Shown here: positions 29,701 through 42,146 of the stretch, in pieces
How positions within the stretch are numbered: the stretch's first letter is position 1
How the letters are laid out: every line of letters begins with the position of its first letter
NCBI GenBank assembly: GCA_965261545.1
Contig: CBDHDF010000010.1
Location: forward strand, 736,001-800,000
From: Bdellovibrionales bacterium
GTDB lineage: Bacteria > Bdellovibrionota > Bdellovibrionia > Bdellovibrionales > UBA1609
Direction: 5' to 3'
Length of the DNA stretch: 64,000 nucleotides
The notes under the pieces: generated by a model
What the model was told of the DNA's origin: nothing
What the model saw: only the letters and a program-made list of their open reading frames with translations
Database searches by the model: none
Program-made: the position numbers and the translations under genes

Positions 29701-32700
29701 GGAGATACATCAAAAGTCACAAATATGTCGCATATGTTTAGTGGCGCCAGTAAAGTGACCCCAAATACAAGCAGATGGAAGACTTCCAATGTTACGAATA
29801 TGGAAGGTATGTTTTCCAATAGCCCCCTAGCAAAACCAGATACAAGAGGATGGAATACTTCTAAGGTCACAGATATGTCGTATATGTTTAACCTTGCCGA
29901 AAAAGCAAACCCAGACACAAGTAGTTGGAATACTGCCAATGTTACCAATATGAAGAATATGTTTAATGGTGCCAACAAAGCGACCCCAAACACAAGTGCT
30001 TGGGATACTTCCAGTGTTACGAATATGAAAGGTATGTTTGCCCATAGCCTCCTAGCAAATCCAGATGTGAGTCATTGGGACACTTCCGAAGTCACTGATA
30101 TGTCAGGCTTGTTTCTATCCACTCATCAAGCGAATCCAGATGTGAGCAACTGGGATACCTCCAAAGTCACTGATATGCCAGCCATGTTTCATTCCACTCG
30201 CCAAGCGAATCCAGATGTGAGCAACTGGGATACCTCCAAAGTTACTAATATGTTCGGCATGTTTCAAGAGACCCTCCAAGCAAATCCAGATGTGAGCCAT
30301 TGGAATACCTCCAAAGTGATTAATATGACGGGGTTGTTTCATCGTGCCCCCATGGCAAACCCAAATACAAGTGGTTGGGACTTTACAAGCATTAGATTGA
30401 ATGAGGGGATGGCGTCGATATTTGAAGATTCAGGTCTTTCTATTGATAATTATTCAAAATTTTTAATAAGATTGAATCAAAAGGCACCGGTAAGTCGTAC
30501 GGTCCACAAAGTGATTGAGGTAGGCAAATTGAAATACAATTATAGTGCTGCGGCAGCTCGTCACATTTTACAAATAAAAGGATGGACAATTCGTGATGGA
30601 GGTTTGGATGGACAATCAATGACTGGTACCAGTATTTCATTGGGTGTCAGTACCCCTTCCTCGATTTCTTCATCCAATATAGCCAATTATATCATTGGTG
30701 GAACTTGTAATTCTTCCCTTGGAACTGTCCGTGTTGTTGTTGGACAACCACCAAGTGTACAAAAAGATTTGCCTTGTACATCTCAGAACACATTTGCAGG
30801 GAATTTTGATTTAAGAAATATATATTCTGTGCAGGTCACCATTAACGCAAGTCAGAGACAAGGTGGAAGCAACGTTGAAACAGCCCATTCTTCGATTTTT
30901 AACGACACCAATTACTTTGTAACAAAATGGAGATTTCGAAACAACCATCGATTCACTCTTCCTCTTAAATCAGATTCATCATTGAACTATAATTTTACTG
31001 TGGACTGGGGAGATGGGAGTAAGGGTGAGGTGACATCTTTTAATGATCCTGATAAAGTGCATACTTATGCAACAGCCGGAAATTATATAATTAAGATTGT
31101 CGGTACTCTGGAGGGATTCCAAAATAGCGAGGGAACATCAGATAACTTGCTTGAGGTGAGCAACCTTGGAAATATGGGATGGAAAGATCTATCTAGCGCT
31201 TTCTTGAGAAATACTCATCTTACAAGTGTTCTTGGAGGAAATACATCAAAAGTTACCAATATGAGTTGGATGTTTGGTGGAACTCTCCAGGCAACCCCAG
31301 ACACAAGTAAGTGGGATACTTCCAACGTTACCAATATGAGTTGGATGTTTGCTAGAGCTTACCGAGCGAACCCAGACACAAGTCAGTGGGATACTTCCAA
31401 TGTTACCAATATGCGAACTATGTTTCTTCGTGCCTTCAAAGCGAATCCAGACACAAGTAAGTGGGATACTTCCAACGTTACCAATATGCGAACTATGTTT
31501 TCTGTAGCTTCCCAAGCGAACCCAGATACCGGTCGTTGGGATTTTACAAATCTTTCTCTTTCTGATAGTTTCCACGATCTATTTCGACGATCAAATTTAT
31601 CCGTTGAAAATTATTCGAAATTCTTAATAAATATCAATGCAAAACCACCCACAAATATCAATATTCAGAAAGTGATTCATGTAGATACACTAAAATACAA
31701 TTATAGTGCCGCATCAGCTCGCAATAACTTAAAGAGGAAAGGCTGGGTTATCACTGATGGAGGTTTGGACAGAAAATCGCTGAGTGATAATGCACCATGG
31801 TTGGATCTCAGTGGTTCACTGCCCCCACTTTCCTCATCCGATGGAGAAAGCTACACAATCCGTGGAACTTGTAACTCAAATCTTGGAACTGTTCGTGTCA
31901 TTGTTGGAGACCCTGATGTACAAAAAGATTTACCTTGCACAAAACAAAATACGTTTTCAGGAACATTTGATTTACGAAATCAATTTTCTCCAAACATTAT
32001 CATTAGAGCAAACCAGGATGGAGTTAGCGCAGAAACAAGCTCATACATTGTTAATAATCTTAATCACTTTGTAACCAAATGGAGATTTTCAAGCAATTAC
32101 CAATTCACTCTCCCTCTTAAATCAGGTTCATCATTAAACTATAATTTTACTGTGAATTGGGGAGATGGAACATCGAGCACAGTGACATCTTTTAATGATC
32201 CCGACAAGGTACATACTTATGCAAGATCTGGAGACTATACGATTAAAATCGTAGGAACTTGTGAAGGATTTCAAAATGACTCATCTTCAAAAAGTTATCT
32301 AGTTGAAGTTCCCAACCTTGGAAATATGGGATGGAAAGACCTATCGAATGCTTTTAAAGGCAACTCTTTCCTCACACATGTTGCTGGAGGAAAGACATCA
32401 AGTGTGACTGATATGTCAAATATGTTTTATGACGCTCGTCAGACGAATCCAGATACAAGTGGTTGGGATACCTCTAATGTCACCAACATGGAAAATATGT
32501 TTTATGACGCTCGTCAAGCCACTCCAAGTACAGGTTGGGACACCTCTAACGTCACCAATATGAAGGGTATGTTCTATCATGCCACTCAAGCTGCTCCAGA
32601 TACTAGTGGATGGAATACTTCTAAGGTCACTGATATGCCATATATGTTTTATAATGCCACCCAAGCCAATCCAGATACCAGTAATTGGAATACTTCTAAT

Positions 32701-34389
32701 GTTACAAATATGAACAACATGTTTGGACGTGCCGCTCAAGCAGATCCAGATACAAGCAATTGGGACTTTCGGAATGTCACCACCCTCAGTGAGATTTTTT
32801 CGGGTTCAGGCTTATCTGTGAATAGTTATTCAGACTTTTTAGTAAATCTCGACAAAAGAATACCTACAAGTGCCAATATCAACAAAGTGATAAACGTAGG
32901 CACATTGCAATACAACTTCAGTGCTGCATGGGCTCGATCCAGTTTGGTGAGTCAAAATTGGAGTATCACCGATGGAGGTTTAAGTAGAGAAGAGAGTATC
33001 AATATACCGTGGTTAACAATCTACCAACCGGCCCCTCTTTCTTTAAACCATGGAGGTATTTACAGAGTTCGAGGGACTTGCAATGCCAATGCTGGAGATG
33101 TTACGATCTCCGTTGGAGAACCTAATGTACAGAAAGATTTAGTTTGCACCGAAAATAACACATTTTCAGGAAACATCAGCGTACAATCCGTAGTTTCTCA
33201 TCCTGCGACCATCTCTGCCAGTCAGGACAGAGGCACTTCTATTATAAGTGAGTCTGTGGCTAATGAGATCAATCGCTTTGTCACAAAATGGAATATAGGT
33301 AAACCCAGTAAAACCAATCAAAAATTTACCCTCCCTTTAAAGTCATCCGCAGGATTAAAATATGACTTTACTGTGGACTGGGGAGATGGGACTACGGTAG
33401 GTACAGTGACGTCTTTTGGTGATCCCGATAAATCACATACCTATGCCACTGGTGGAAAGTATACGATTACCATTACAGGCACTATAGAAGGATTTCAAAA
33501 TAACAAAAAGACTCGCGCTAAGCTCATAGAAGTTGCTAACCTTGGAAATATGGGATGGAAAGATCTATCTTACGCCTTTGCAAAAAATATAAATCTCGTA
33601 AAGGTGAGAGGGGGAAACACATCCACCGTGGAGAATATGAGCTATATGTTTGCTGTTGCTGGTCAAGCCACTCCAGATACCAGTGGCTGGGACACTTCCC
33701 GGGTCACAAATATGAAAGCTTTGTTTAAAGGTGTCAGGCGTGCGAACCCAGATACCAGTGATTGGGATACTTCCAAGGTCACTGATATATCATATATGTT
33801 TTATAATGCCACCCAAGCCAACCCAGATACCAGTGATTGGGATACTTCCAAGGTCACTGATACATCATATATGTTTTATAGTACCACCCAAGCCAACCCA
33901 GATACCAGTGATTGGAATATTTCCAAGGTCGCTGATATGTCATATATGTTTCATCATGCTCTTCAAGCCAACCCAGATGTCAGCCAATGGGATACTTCGG
34001 AGGTCATAAATATGAAAGGAATATTTGGACGCTCCCCTAAGGCGAATCCAGATACAAGCAGTTGGGACTTTCGGAATGTTACCAAACTCAAATTTATTTT
34101 TTCAGCTTCAGGTTTATCTACTGAAAATTATTCAAAATTTTTAATAAGATTCGAAGAAAATACACCCACAGACATGAATAGCAATAAAGTAATAAATGTA
34201 GGAAAAATTCAATATAATTCCAGTGCGACATCGGCAAGAGAAAGCTTAGTGAATCATGGATGGTCCATCAAAGATGGAGGTTCAGAGTGAATCACGAAAA
34301 GAATAAATTTTGGAAAAACATTTTCTTCATATATAAATGGGAAAATGGAGAGAGTAAGCGTTTAATTTGTGAAATGAGGAGGTCGTAAG

Positions 34390-37300
34390 ATGAATATAAA
34401 TATGAATATGAAATTGTTATACACAATAAGATTATCTAAATCATTGCTCATTGTGCTTACTTTCTTTTTTTCTTTTTTATGCCATACCTACTCTTCTTTA
34501 GGGGTAGAAGGTTCAAATGAAGAGGTAGAAAAACCAAGCAATGAAAATTGTGATGGAGACCATAGATGTTCTGTGTGGCAAAGGTATGCAAATTTTCTAG
34601 AACAACAAGAAGAAGAAACAAATAATTTAAATTGTGAATCTGAAAATGACGATGGATCTAGCACCACAGTTTCTCCAACTGTTGCAACTCCATCTGCGAC
34701 AGTGCTGAGTATTGGCCTATTGCCCCCCATTTCTATGCTCAATGTAAAGTCCTATAATATTAGAGGAACTTGTGACTCACAATACGGAAATGTTATTGTT
34801 GTCATTGGAAATTCTTATATTCAGAAGTCTTTGACTTGCACAAGTAAAAACGAGTTTTTAGGAAACTTTAACCTAGAAGGTGGATTTTCAAATACGACCA
34901 CCATTAGAGTGTCTCAAAAAAAGGTGAACCTTAATGGGGGCGGCGCAATATCCATCGTAGTAAAAAATACAATTGTTAACACAATACATCCTTTTATAAC
35001 AAAATGGAATATTCCAAATGACAACCATCGATTCACTCTACCTCTTAAGTCAAATGAAATATTAAAATATAATTTTTTGGTGAACTGGGGAGACGGAAGT
35101 TCTGCCGAAAGAGTCACATCTTTTGATGGTCTAGATAAGGTACATACCTATAAAAAGGCTGGAAATTATACAATTAAGATTTCTGGAATTTGTGAGGGAT
35201 TTCAAAATGATGGCGTCTCAAAAAATATGTTGCTTGAGGTTGCCAATTTAGGTCAAGTTGGATGGAAGGACTTATCCAATGCTTTTAAAGGTAACTCTTC
35301 TCTCACAAAATTTCTTGGAGGAAATACATCAAAAGTCACAAATATGTCGAATATGTTTAGTAGTGCCAGCAAAGTGACCCCAAATACAAGCGGTTGGGAT
35401 ACTTCTAAAGTTACAGATATGTCGTACATGTTTTATCGTACCGGTAAAGCGACCCCAGATACAGATGGTTGGAATACTTCTAAAGTCACAAATATGTCGA
35501 ATATGTTTTCTTATACCCACAAAGCGACTTCAGATACAAGCGGATGGAATACTTCTAAGGTCACAAATATGTCGAATATGTTTTCTTATACCCACAAAGC
35601 GACTCCAGATACAAGCGGATGGAATACTTCTAAGGTCACAGATATGTCGAATATGTTTTATCATACCGCTAAAGCGACTCCAGACACAGGCAGTTGGGAT
35701 ACTTCCAGTGTTACGAATATGAAAAGTATGTTTGCCCATAGCCCCCTAGCAAATCCAGATACCAGTGGATGGAAGACTTCCAGTGTTACGAACATGGGAG
35801 GTATGTTTGCTCGTGCCTCTGAAGCGAATCCAGACACAAGTAAATGGGATACTTCTAGTGTCACAGATATGTCAAATATGTTTTATGATGCTACCAAAGC
35901 GAATCCAAACACAAGTGGCTGGAATACATCCAATGTTACGCTTATGCAGGGCTTGTTTTCTCATGCATCCCAAGCGAATCCAGATACAAGTGGTTGGGAC
36001 TTTACAGATATTACTGCACCTAGCGCGAGTTATAGTGCTCAACGCCTCCATTCTGGTATCAGTGGAATATTTCAATACTCAAGTCTTTCTATTGATAATT
36101 ATTCAAAATTTTTAATAAGATTGAATCAGAAAACACCGACAAGTCGTACAATCTCAAAAGTGATTGATGTCAGCAGATTAAAATACAATTATAGTGCTGC
36201 GACAGCTCGTCACAGCTTACAAATAAAAGGATGGACAATTCGTGATGGAGGTTTGGATAGACAATCAATGACTGGTACCAGTATCTCATTGGCTGTCAGT
36301 AACCCTTCCTCGATTTCTTCATCCAATATAGCCAATTATGTCATTAGTGGAACTTGTAATTCTTCCCTTGGAACTGTCCGTGTTGTTGTTGGACAACCAC
36401 CAGGTGTACAAAAAGATTTGCCTTGTACATCTCAGAACACATTTGCAGGAAGTTTTGATTTAAGAAATATATATTCTGCGCAGATCACCATTAACGCAAG
36501 TCAGAGCCAAGGTGGAAGCAACGTCGAAACAACTCATTCCTCGATTTTTAACGACAGCAATTACTTTATAACAAAGTGGAGATTTCCAGGCAACCATCAA
36601 TTCACTCTTCCTCTTAAAGCAGATCCATCATTGAGCTACAATTTTACTGTGGACTGGGGAGATGGAAGTAAGGGTGAGGTGACATCTTTTAATGATTCCG
36701 ATAAAGTGCATACTTATACAACAGCTGGAGACTATACAATTAAGATTGTCGGTACTTGTGAGGGATTCCAAAATAGCGTAAAAGCATCAAGAGATCATTT
36801 GCTTGAAGTGATAAACCTTGGAAATATGGGATGGAAAGATCTATCTGAAGCTTTTTTTGGGAATACTCATCTCACAACTTTTGATGGTGGAAACATATCA
36901 AATACAATAAATATCTCAAATATGTTTGCTCATTCCCCCCAAGTAACTCCAAACACAAGTCGTTGGGATACCTCCAAGGTCATCAATATGAGGTCTATGT
37001 TTGCTCATGCTTCGCAAGCGACTCCAGATACTCGTGGCTGGAGCACTTCCAAGGTCATCGATATGAGCTTTATGTTTGCCCACGCGCCGCTAGCCAACCC
37101 AGATGTAAGTCAGTGGAATACCTCTAACGTCCTCGATATGGGATATATGTTTTTTCATGCCACTCAAGCTAACCCAGACGTAAGTCGCTGGAATACATCT
37201 GGTGTCCTCAATATATCATATATGTTTAGGGGGGCCACTCAAGCCAATCCAGATGTAAGTGGTTGGGACTTTACAAATCTTGTTGATAGTAATCATCGCC

Positions 37301-40005
37301 ATGCGGTACTTACTACTATGCATGCGCAAGACAATCCTTTCTACTATCTATTTCGACGATCAGGCTTATCCGTTGAAAATTATTCGAAATTCTTAATAAA
37401 TATCAATGCAAAACCACCCACAAATATCAATATTCAGAAAGTGATTCATGTAGACACACTAAAGTACAATTATAGTGTCGTATTAGTTCGCAATGGCTTA
37501 AAGGGGAAAGGATGGGTTATCACTGATGGAGGTTTGGACAGCGAATCACCGCGTGATAATCATGTGCCATGGTTGAGGCTCGGTGATTCATTGCCCCCAC
37601 TTTCCTCATCCAATGGAGAGAGCTACACAATCCGTGGAGCTTGTAACTCAAACCTTGGAACTGTTCGTGTCATTGTTGGAGATCCTGCTATACAAAAAGA
37701 TTTACCTTGCACAGAACAAAACACGTTTTCAGGAACATTTGATTTACGAAATCAATTTTCTTCAAACATTACCATTAGGGCAAATCAGAGTGGAGTTAAC
37801 GCAGAAGCAGGCCCATCCATTGTTAACAATCTCAATCACTTTGTAACAAAATGGAGATTTCCAAGCAATTACCAATTCACTCTCCCTCTTAAATCAGGTT
37901 CATCATTAGACTATAACTTTACTGTGAATTGGGGAGATGGAGCCTCAAGCACAGTGACATCTTTTAATGATCCCGACAAGGTGCATACTTATGCAAGAGC
38001 TGGAGATTATACAATTAAGATTGTAGGAACTTATGAGGGGTTTCAAAATAACTCATCTTCAAAAAGTTATCTAGTTGAAGTTCCCAACCTTGGAAATATG
38101 GGGTGGGAGGATCTATCGAGTGCTTTTAAAGGCAACTCTTCCCTCACAAATGTTGCTGGAGGAAAGACATCAAGTGTGACCGATATGTCAAATATGTTTT
38201 ATGAAGCTGGTCAATCCACTCCAGACACAAGTAGTTGGAGCACATCTAACGTCACCAATATGTCAAATATGTTTTATGAAGCTCGTCAGGCAAACCCAGA
38301 TACAAGTGATTGGAACACCTCTAGCGTCACCAATATGTCAAATATGTTTTATGAAGCTCGTCAGGCAAACCCAAATACAAGTGGTTGGGATACCTCTAGC
38401 GTCACCAATATGTCAAATATGTTTTATGAAGCTCGTCAGGTAAACCCAGATACAAGTGATTGGAACACCTCTAGCGTCACCAATATGTCAAATATGTTTT
38501 ATGAAGCTCGTCAGGCAAACCCAGATACAAGTGATTGGAACACCTCTAGCGTCACCAATATGAGTAAAATGTTTGACCGTGCGGCTCAAGCAGATCCAGA
38601 TACAAGCAACTGGGACTTTCGGAATATCACCACTCTCACTCATATCTTTTCAGGGTCAGGTTTATCTATTGATAATTATTCAGATTTTTTAATAAGACTC
38701 AACGAAAGAATACCTACAAGCACCGATATTGAGAAAGTGATCAACGTCGGGACATTGCAATACAGGTTGAATGCTTTATTGGCCCATCACAGCCTAAGAG
38801 GGGCAAGCTGGTCCATCACTGATGGCGGTGTGGACAGTCAATCGATGAGCGGTGGTATTAATGTGCCATGGTTGAGTATCGACGCTTTATCACTGGGCCC
38901 CGTATCTTCAGTGAATGCAGCAGCCTACACGATCCATGGAACTTGTAATGCAAACCTTGGAACTGTCCGTGTTGTTGTTGGGAGATCAAACTTGCAGAAA
39001 GATCTATCTTGCACAGAAAGTAACGTATTTTCAGGAATTTTTAATTTACAAAACATGTCTTCTCCAAAAATTACTGTGAGAGCAAGTCAGGATGAAGGTC
39101 GAGCAGAAATAAATACTTCGCTTGTTAACGATCTTAATTACTTTGTGACAAAGTGGAGAATTTCAGGCAGTCGCTCCCTGACTCTCCCTCTTAAATCCGG
39201 TGCATCATTAAACTACAATTTTACTGTGGACTGGGGAGATGGAAATACAAGCGAGGTGACCTCTTTTAGTGATACCGATAAGACGCATACTTACACAACA
39301 CCCGGAGATTATACAATTAAGATCAAGGGTGTTTGTGAGGGATTCCAAAATGATTCGTCTTCAAAAAGATATTTGTTAGAGGTAAGCAACCTCGGAAATA
39401 TGGGGTGGAAAGACCTCTCTAAAGCTTTTCAGAATAACTCTGAACTCATACATGTTTTAGGAGGAAATACATCCCATGTGACCAATATGTCACATATGTT
39501 TTATGGAGCAGGCAAAGCCACTCCAGATACAAGTCGTTGGGATACTTCCAATGTCGCCAATATGTCTTTTATGTTTTCTTATGCCCTCAAAGTGGATCCA
39601 GATGTGAGTCACTGGAATACCTCCAATGTGACCAATATGAAAGGTCTATTTTATGGCACCCAAACAGCCACTCCAGATACAAGTCGTTGGAACACCTCCC
39701 GTGTCACAGATATGTCACTGGCCTTTTCCTATGCCACTCTGGCGAACCCCGATACAAGCCAATGGGATTTTACAAGCGTCACCAATATCCAGAATCTATT
39801 TTCAACATCGAGTCTATCTGTTGAAAATTACTCAAAATTTCTAATAAGCTTCGATGAAAATACACCCACAAGTACCAGTATCCAGAAAGTCATTAATGTG
39901 CATACATTGAAATACAACTCCAGTGCGGTATCGGCACGAGCCAACTTAGTAAGTCAAGGAGGGGGCTGGACCATTCATGATGGAGGAGAAGCGAGTCAGG
40001 AATGA
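34390..40005 (+). CDS. DUF285/BspA-type repeat surface protein, 1871 aa, intact paralogue
   Basis: GAGGAGG RBS, signal-like N-terminus, four modules of the same architecture, 75-nt coding repeats. Confidence 0.92.
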   Translation: MNINMNMKLLYTIRLSKSLLIVLTFFFSFLCHTYSSLGVEGSNEEVEKPSNENCDGDHRCSVWQRYANFLEQQEEETNNLNCESENDDGSSTTVSPTVATPSATVLSIGLLPPISMLNVKSYNIRGTCDSQYGNVIVVIGNSYIQKSLTCTSKNEFLGNFNLEGGFSNTTTIRVSQKKVNLNGGGAISIVVKNTIVNTIHPFITKWNIPNDNHRFTLPLKSNEILKYNFLVNWGDGSSAERVTSFDGLDKVHTYKKAGNYTIKISGICEGFQNDGVSKNMLLEVANLGQVGWKDLSNAFKGNSSLTKFLGGNTSKVTNMSNMFSSASKVTPNTSGWDTSKVTDMSYMFYRTGKATPDTDGWNTSKVTNMSNMFSYTHKATSDTSGWNTSKVTNMSNMFSYTHKATPDTSGWNTSKVTDMSNMFYHTAKATPDTGSWDTSSVTNMKSMFAHSPLANPDTSGWKTSSVTNMGGMFARASEANPDTSKWDTSSVTDMSNMFYDATKANPNTSGWNTSNVTLMQGLFSHASQANPDTSGWDFTDITAPSASYSAQRLHSGISGIFQYSSLSIDNYSKFLIRLNQKTPTSRTISKVIDVSRLKYNYSAATARHSLQIKGWTIRDGGLDRQSMTGTSISLAVSNPSSISSSNIANYVISGTCNSSLGTVRVVVGQPPGVQKDLPCTSQNTFAGSFDLRNIYSAQITINASQSQGGSNVETTHSSIFNDSNYFITKWRFPGNHQFTLPLKADPSLSYNFTVDWGDGSKGEVTSFNDSDKVHTYTTAGDYTIKIVGTCEGFQNSVKASRDHLLEVINLGNMGWKDLSEAFFGNTHLTTFDGGNISNTINISNMFAHSPQVTPNTSRWDTSKVINMRSMFAHASQATPDTRGWSTSKVIDMSFMFAHAPLANPDVSQWNTSNVLDMGYMFFHATQANPDVSRWNTSGVLNISYMFRGATQANPDVSGWDFTNLVDSNHRHAVLTTMHAQDNPFYYLFRRSGLSVENYSKFLININAKPPTNINIQKVIHVDTLKYNYSVVLVRNGLKGKGWVITDGGLDSESPRDNHVPWLRLGDSLPPLSSSNGESYTIRGACNSNLGTVRVIVGDPAIQKDLPCTEQNTFSGTFDLRNQFSSNITIRANQSGVNAEAGPSIVNNLNHFVTKWRFPSNYQFTLPLKSGSSLDYNFTVNWGDGASSTVTSFNDPDKVHTYARAGDYTIKIVGTYEGFQNNSSSKSYLVEVPNLGNMGWEDLSSAFKGNSSLTNVAGGKTSSVTDMSNMFYEAGQSTPDTSSWSTSNVTNMSNMFYEARQANPDTSDWNTSSVTNMSNMFYEARQANPNTSGWDTSSVTNMSNMFYEARQVNPDTSDWNTSSVTNMSNMFYEARQANPDTSDWNTSSVTNMSKMFDRAAQADPDTSNWDFRNITTLTHIFSGSGLSIDNYSDFLIRLNERIPTSTDIEKVINVGTLQYRLNALLAHHSLRGASWSITDGGVDSQSMSGGINVPWLSIDALSLGPVSSVNAAAYTIHGTCNANLGTVRVVVGRSNLQKDLSCTESNVFSGIFNLQNMSSPKITVRASQDEGRAEINTSLVNDLNYFVTKWRISGSRSLTLPLKSGASLNYNFTVDWGDGNTSEVTSFSDTDKTHTYTTPGDYTIKIKGVCEGFQNDSSSKRYLLEVSNLGNMGWKDLSKAFQNNSELIHVLGGNTSHVTNMSHMFYGAGKATPDTSRWDTSNVANMSFMFSYALKVDPDVSHWNTSNVTNMKGLFYGTQTATPDTSRWNTSRVTDMSLAFSYATLANPDTSQWDFTSVTNIQNLFSTSSLSVENYSKFLISFDENTPTSTSIQKVINVHTLKYNSSAVSARANLVSQGGGWTIHDGGEASQE

Positions 40006-40631
40006 AGAGAGAGGTATATCTAAGAGTCAATGCCGTTTCCTTAAGAAAAATCTCTTGAAATTATTAGATAAATCGACAAGAATAAGACTTGTTTTATTTT
40101 ACACCGGGACTGTAAAAATAATTGTGTAACTGCAATTTTTTTCTTAAATCTTAAAGCCACTTATGTGGCTCCACTCCTGGTAAAAAGCACAGTCCCATAT
40201 TATTCGTCAATGTATAATTGACATTTTTTCCTTCAAGCGATTTTGTCAGTCACAATGCATTATAAGTTAATGGGGAGGTGGACATCTTCGCTGGTCTATA
40301 TAATTGGCCTCTTTAGTTACTCTGGACTTTTGATTGTATTATGGAGCCGTAATGGGATCATATCAGAACTGGAAAGAACTCAAATAAATAATTATCATCT
40401 TGGTTGAAAAAAAATCAGCAATGGCTCTCTCAAAAAAATGGAAATTCCAATCTCATCAAAGGGTTCATGTGTTTAGGTTCCCATACTATATTACCCCCTT
40501 TTTTTTATTTTTTTTAACTTAGGATATTCGAGAAATACCAGAATTGGGATGAAATATGAAAAAAAATGGGAACCCAAATCTGCACCAAGAGGGCATGTAT
40601 TTAGGTTCCCATACTATATTACCCTAACCAT

Positions 40632-42048
40632 CAATGCCGTTTCCTTAAGAAAAATCTCTTGAAATTATTAGATAAATCGACAAGAATAAGACTTGTTTTA
40701 TTTTACACCCAACCCTCAACCAAGGAGTAAGTCACATGCAATCCAATATTGATCTCGAAAGCCCCCAAATGACGAGTTCGCGTCACAGATGACCATTTTA
40801 TTCTACCAAAACTTGATTCTTCCTTCAAGCCAGAGCACCTTGTCGATCCAGAAAAACAAAAAAGGAATCGAAAATTTAATCCTCAAATTTTCTTTTTTAC
40901 CATTATCTATCTTATTTCCGGAACAAATTACGAAGGCTACCAAATCGCTCTTAAGACGGTATGGACTCATTTTGGTGACCTGCTTCTCATGCCAGTCAAA
41001 AGCAGTCTCAGCAAGATACGTCAAAGTATTTCTTACCTATTTTTCAAAGATATCTTTGAATCTCTGATTACAGACTACGAACCATTGAGAAAAACGTTTC
41101 ATGGTTTTTATATCTATGCCATAGATGGCGACCAATTAGCACTTCCTCGCTCTAAAGATCTTTTAAAGGAGGGTTATTGTGGGTACCCTTGCCCAAATGA
41201 GATGGAAACTCATTTCTTACGTATGTATCTATCTCATGCTTATGACGTTTTATCGGGTGTGACAAAGAATCTTTGCTTTTCTCCCGCTCTCAACGAAATC
41301 GCCAATGCTATTCAAATGATAGGTAGTTTTGAGAGTAATAGCATAACTCTCTACGATAGGCTTTATTTATCTACAGAGATTATTAAGGCCCATGCTCAAG
41401 CCAGTAACTTCTTTATTGCGCGTTGTAAGCGAGGCTCTACTTTTATCCCCATTGTAAATTTATTTAATGGCCCAGGTTGGTATTCACGAATGGTTATTGA
41501 GGGGGTGGTCATTCATCTCTATAAGTATAAAAACCCAAAGACTGGGGAGTTCTCTGTTTTGGCCACTAATCTTCCGCATGGCTCCTTGGACAAGAAGGAT
41601 ATGGTTGCTCTTTACTCTCGTCGTTGGGAAATAGAAACGACATTTCGTGATTTTACATCGACAATGAAAATGGAGCAGTGGCACTCAACAAGCCTTAATG
41701 GAATATTGCAAGAGCTGTATTCTTATTTTTGGCTCTTCAATTATACAAAGATTCAAATGAGCATAAATGAGGATGAAGACAGTGTGAATCAGTTGGTAAA
41801 AAATGACTACAAAAAACCTAACTTTAAACTGATTCTTGATTTCATAATGGATAGCATCCCTCTTTTTGTTGCGGGGCTCTATCAGAAATTTAGGAAGCAG
41901 ATAAAGTTGCTGATGAAGATTTCAATGGAGAAGAGGAGGCACTTCAAAAGAAGCTATGAAAGGTCTATCAAAAGGGCTGGGAGTTCTTTTAAAAGAAATA
42001 GCTTAACGCAGAGGCAGAGGGGTGTGGTGGCTTAAGGAAACGGCATTG
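40632..42048 (+). mobile_element. IS4-family element (inner copy, 1417 bp)
   Basis: Same 18-bp TIR. 11-bp TSD ACCCTAACCAT at 40621-40631 and 42049-42059, single-copy in IS256 copy 1. Confidence 0.96.
40989..42035 (+). CDS. IS4-family transposase (frame open upstream to 40773; true start unclear)
   Basis: YAIDG, LYDRLY and YREK-like YSRRWEIETTFRDF. Confidence 0.92.
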   Translation: MPVKSSLSKIRQSISYLFFKDIFESLITDYEPLRKTFHGFYIYAIDGDQLALPRSKDLLKEGYCGYPCPNEMETHFLRMYLSHAYDVLSGVTKNLCFSPALNEIANAIQMIGSFESNSITLYDRLYLSTEIIKAHAQASNFFIARCKRGSTFIPIVNLFNGPGWYSRMVIEGVVIHLYKYKNPKTGEFSVLATNLPHGSLDKKDMVALYSRRWEIETTFRDFTSTMKMEQWHSTSLNGILQELYSYFWLFNYTKIQMSINEDEDSVNQLVKNDYKKPNFKLILDFIMDSIPLFVAGLYQKFRKQIKLLMKISMEKRRHFKRSYERSIKRAGSSFKRNSLTQRQRGVVA

Positions 42049-42146
42049 ACCCTAACCATAGTCTCGGTATTCCAGTACTTCTGTCAACGCCTTAGAGGGG
42101 CTTTTAAGCCCCCTTATAAGGCAGGTGGTGGACCTTATTAAAAAAC

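Larger units (their letters stand above)
23917..34290 (+). pseudogene. Giant DUF285/BspA-type repeat surface protein, interrupted by IS256 (2825 aa when rejoined)
   Basis: 23917-24938 plus 26835-34290 gives 8478 nt in one frame (...MFTLAKKATPDTSGW...). Hydrophobic N-terminus, then six modules of Cys-pair domain, WGDG PKD-like domain and 25-aa WDTSxVTNMxxMF repeats. Confidence 0.9.

Noticed and set aside
26835..39800. 75-bp periodic repeats as a CRISPR array
   Set aside because: They are in-frame 25-aa coding repeats with no unique spacers, and there are no cas genes.
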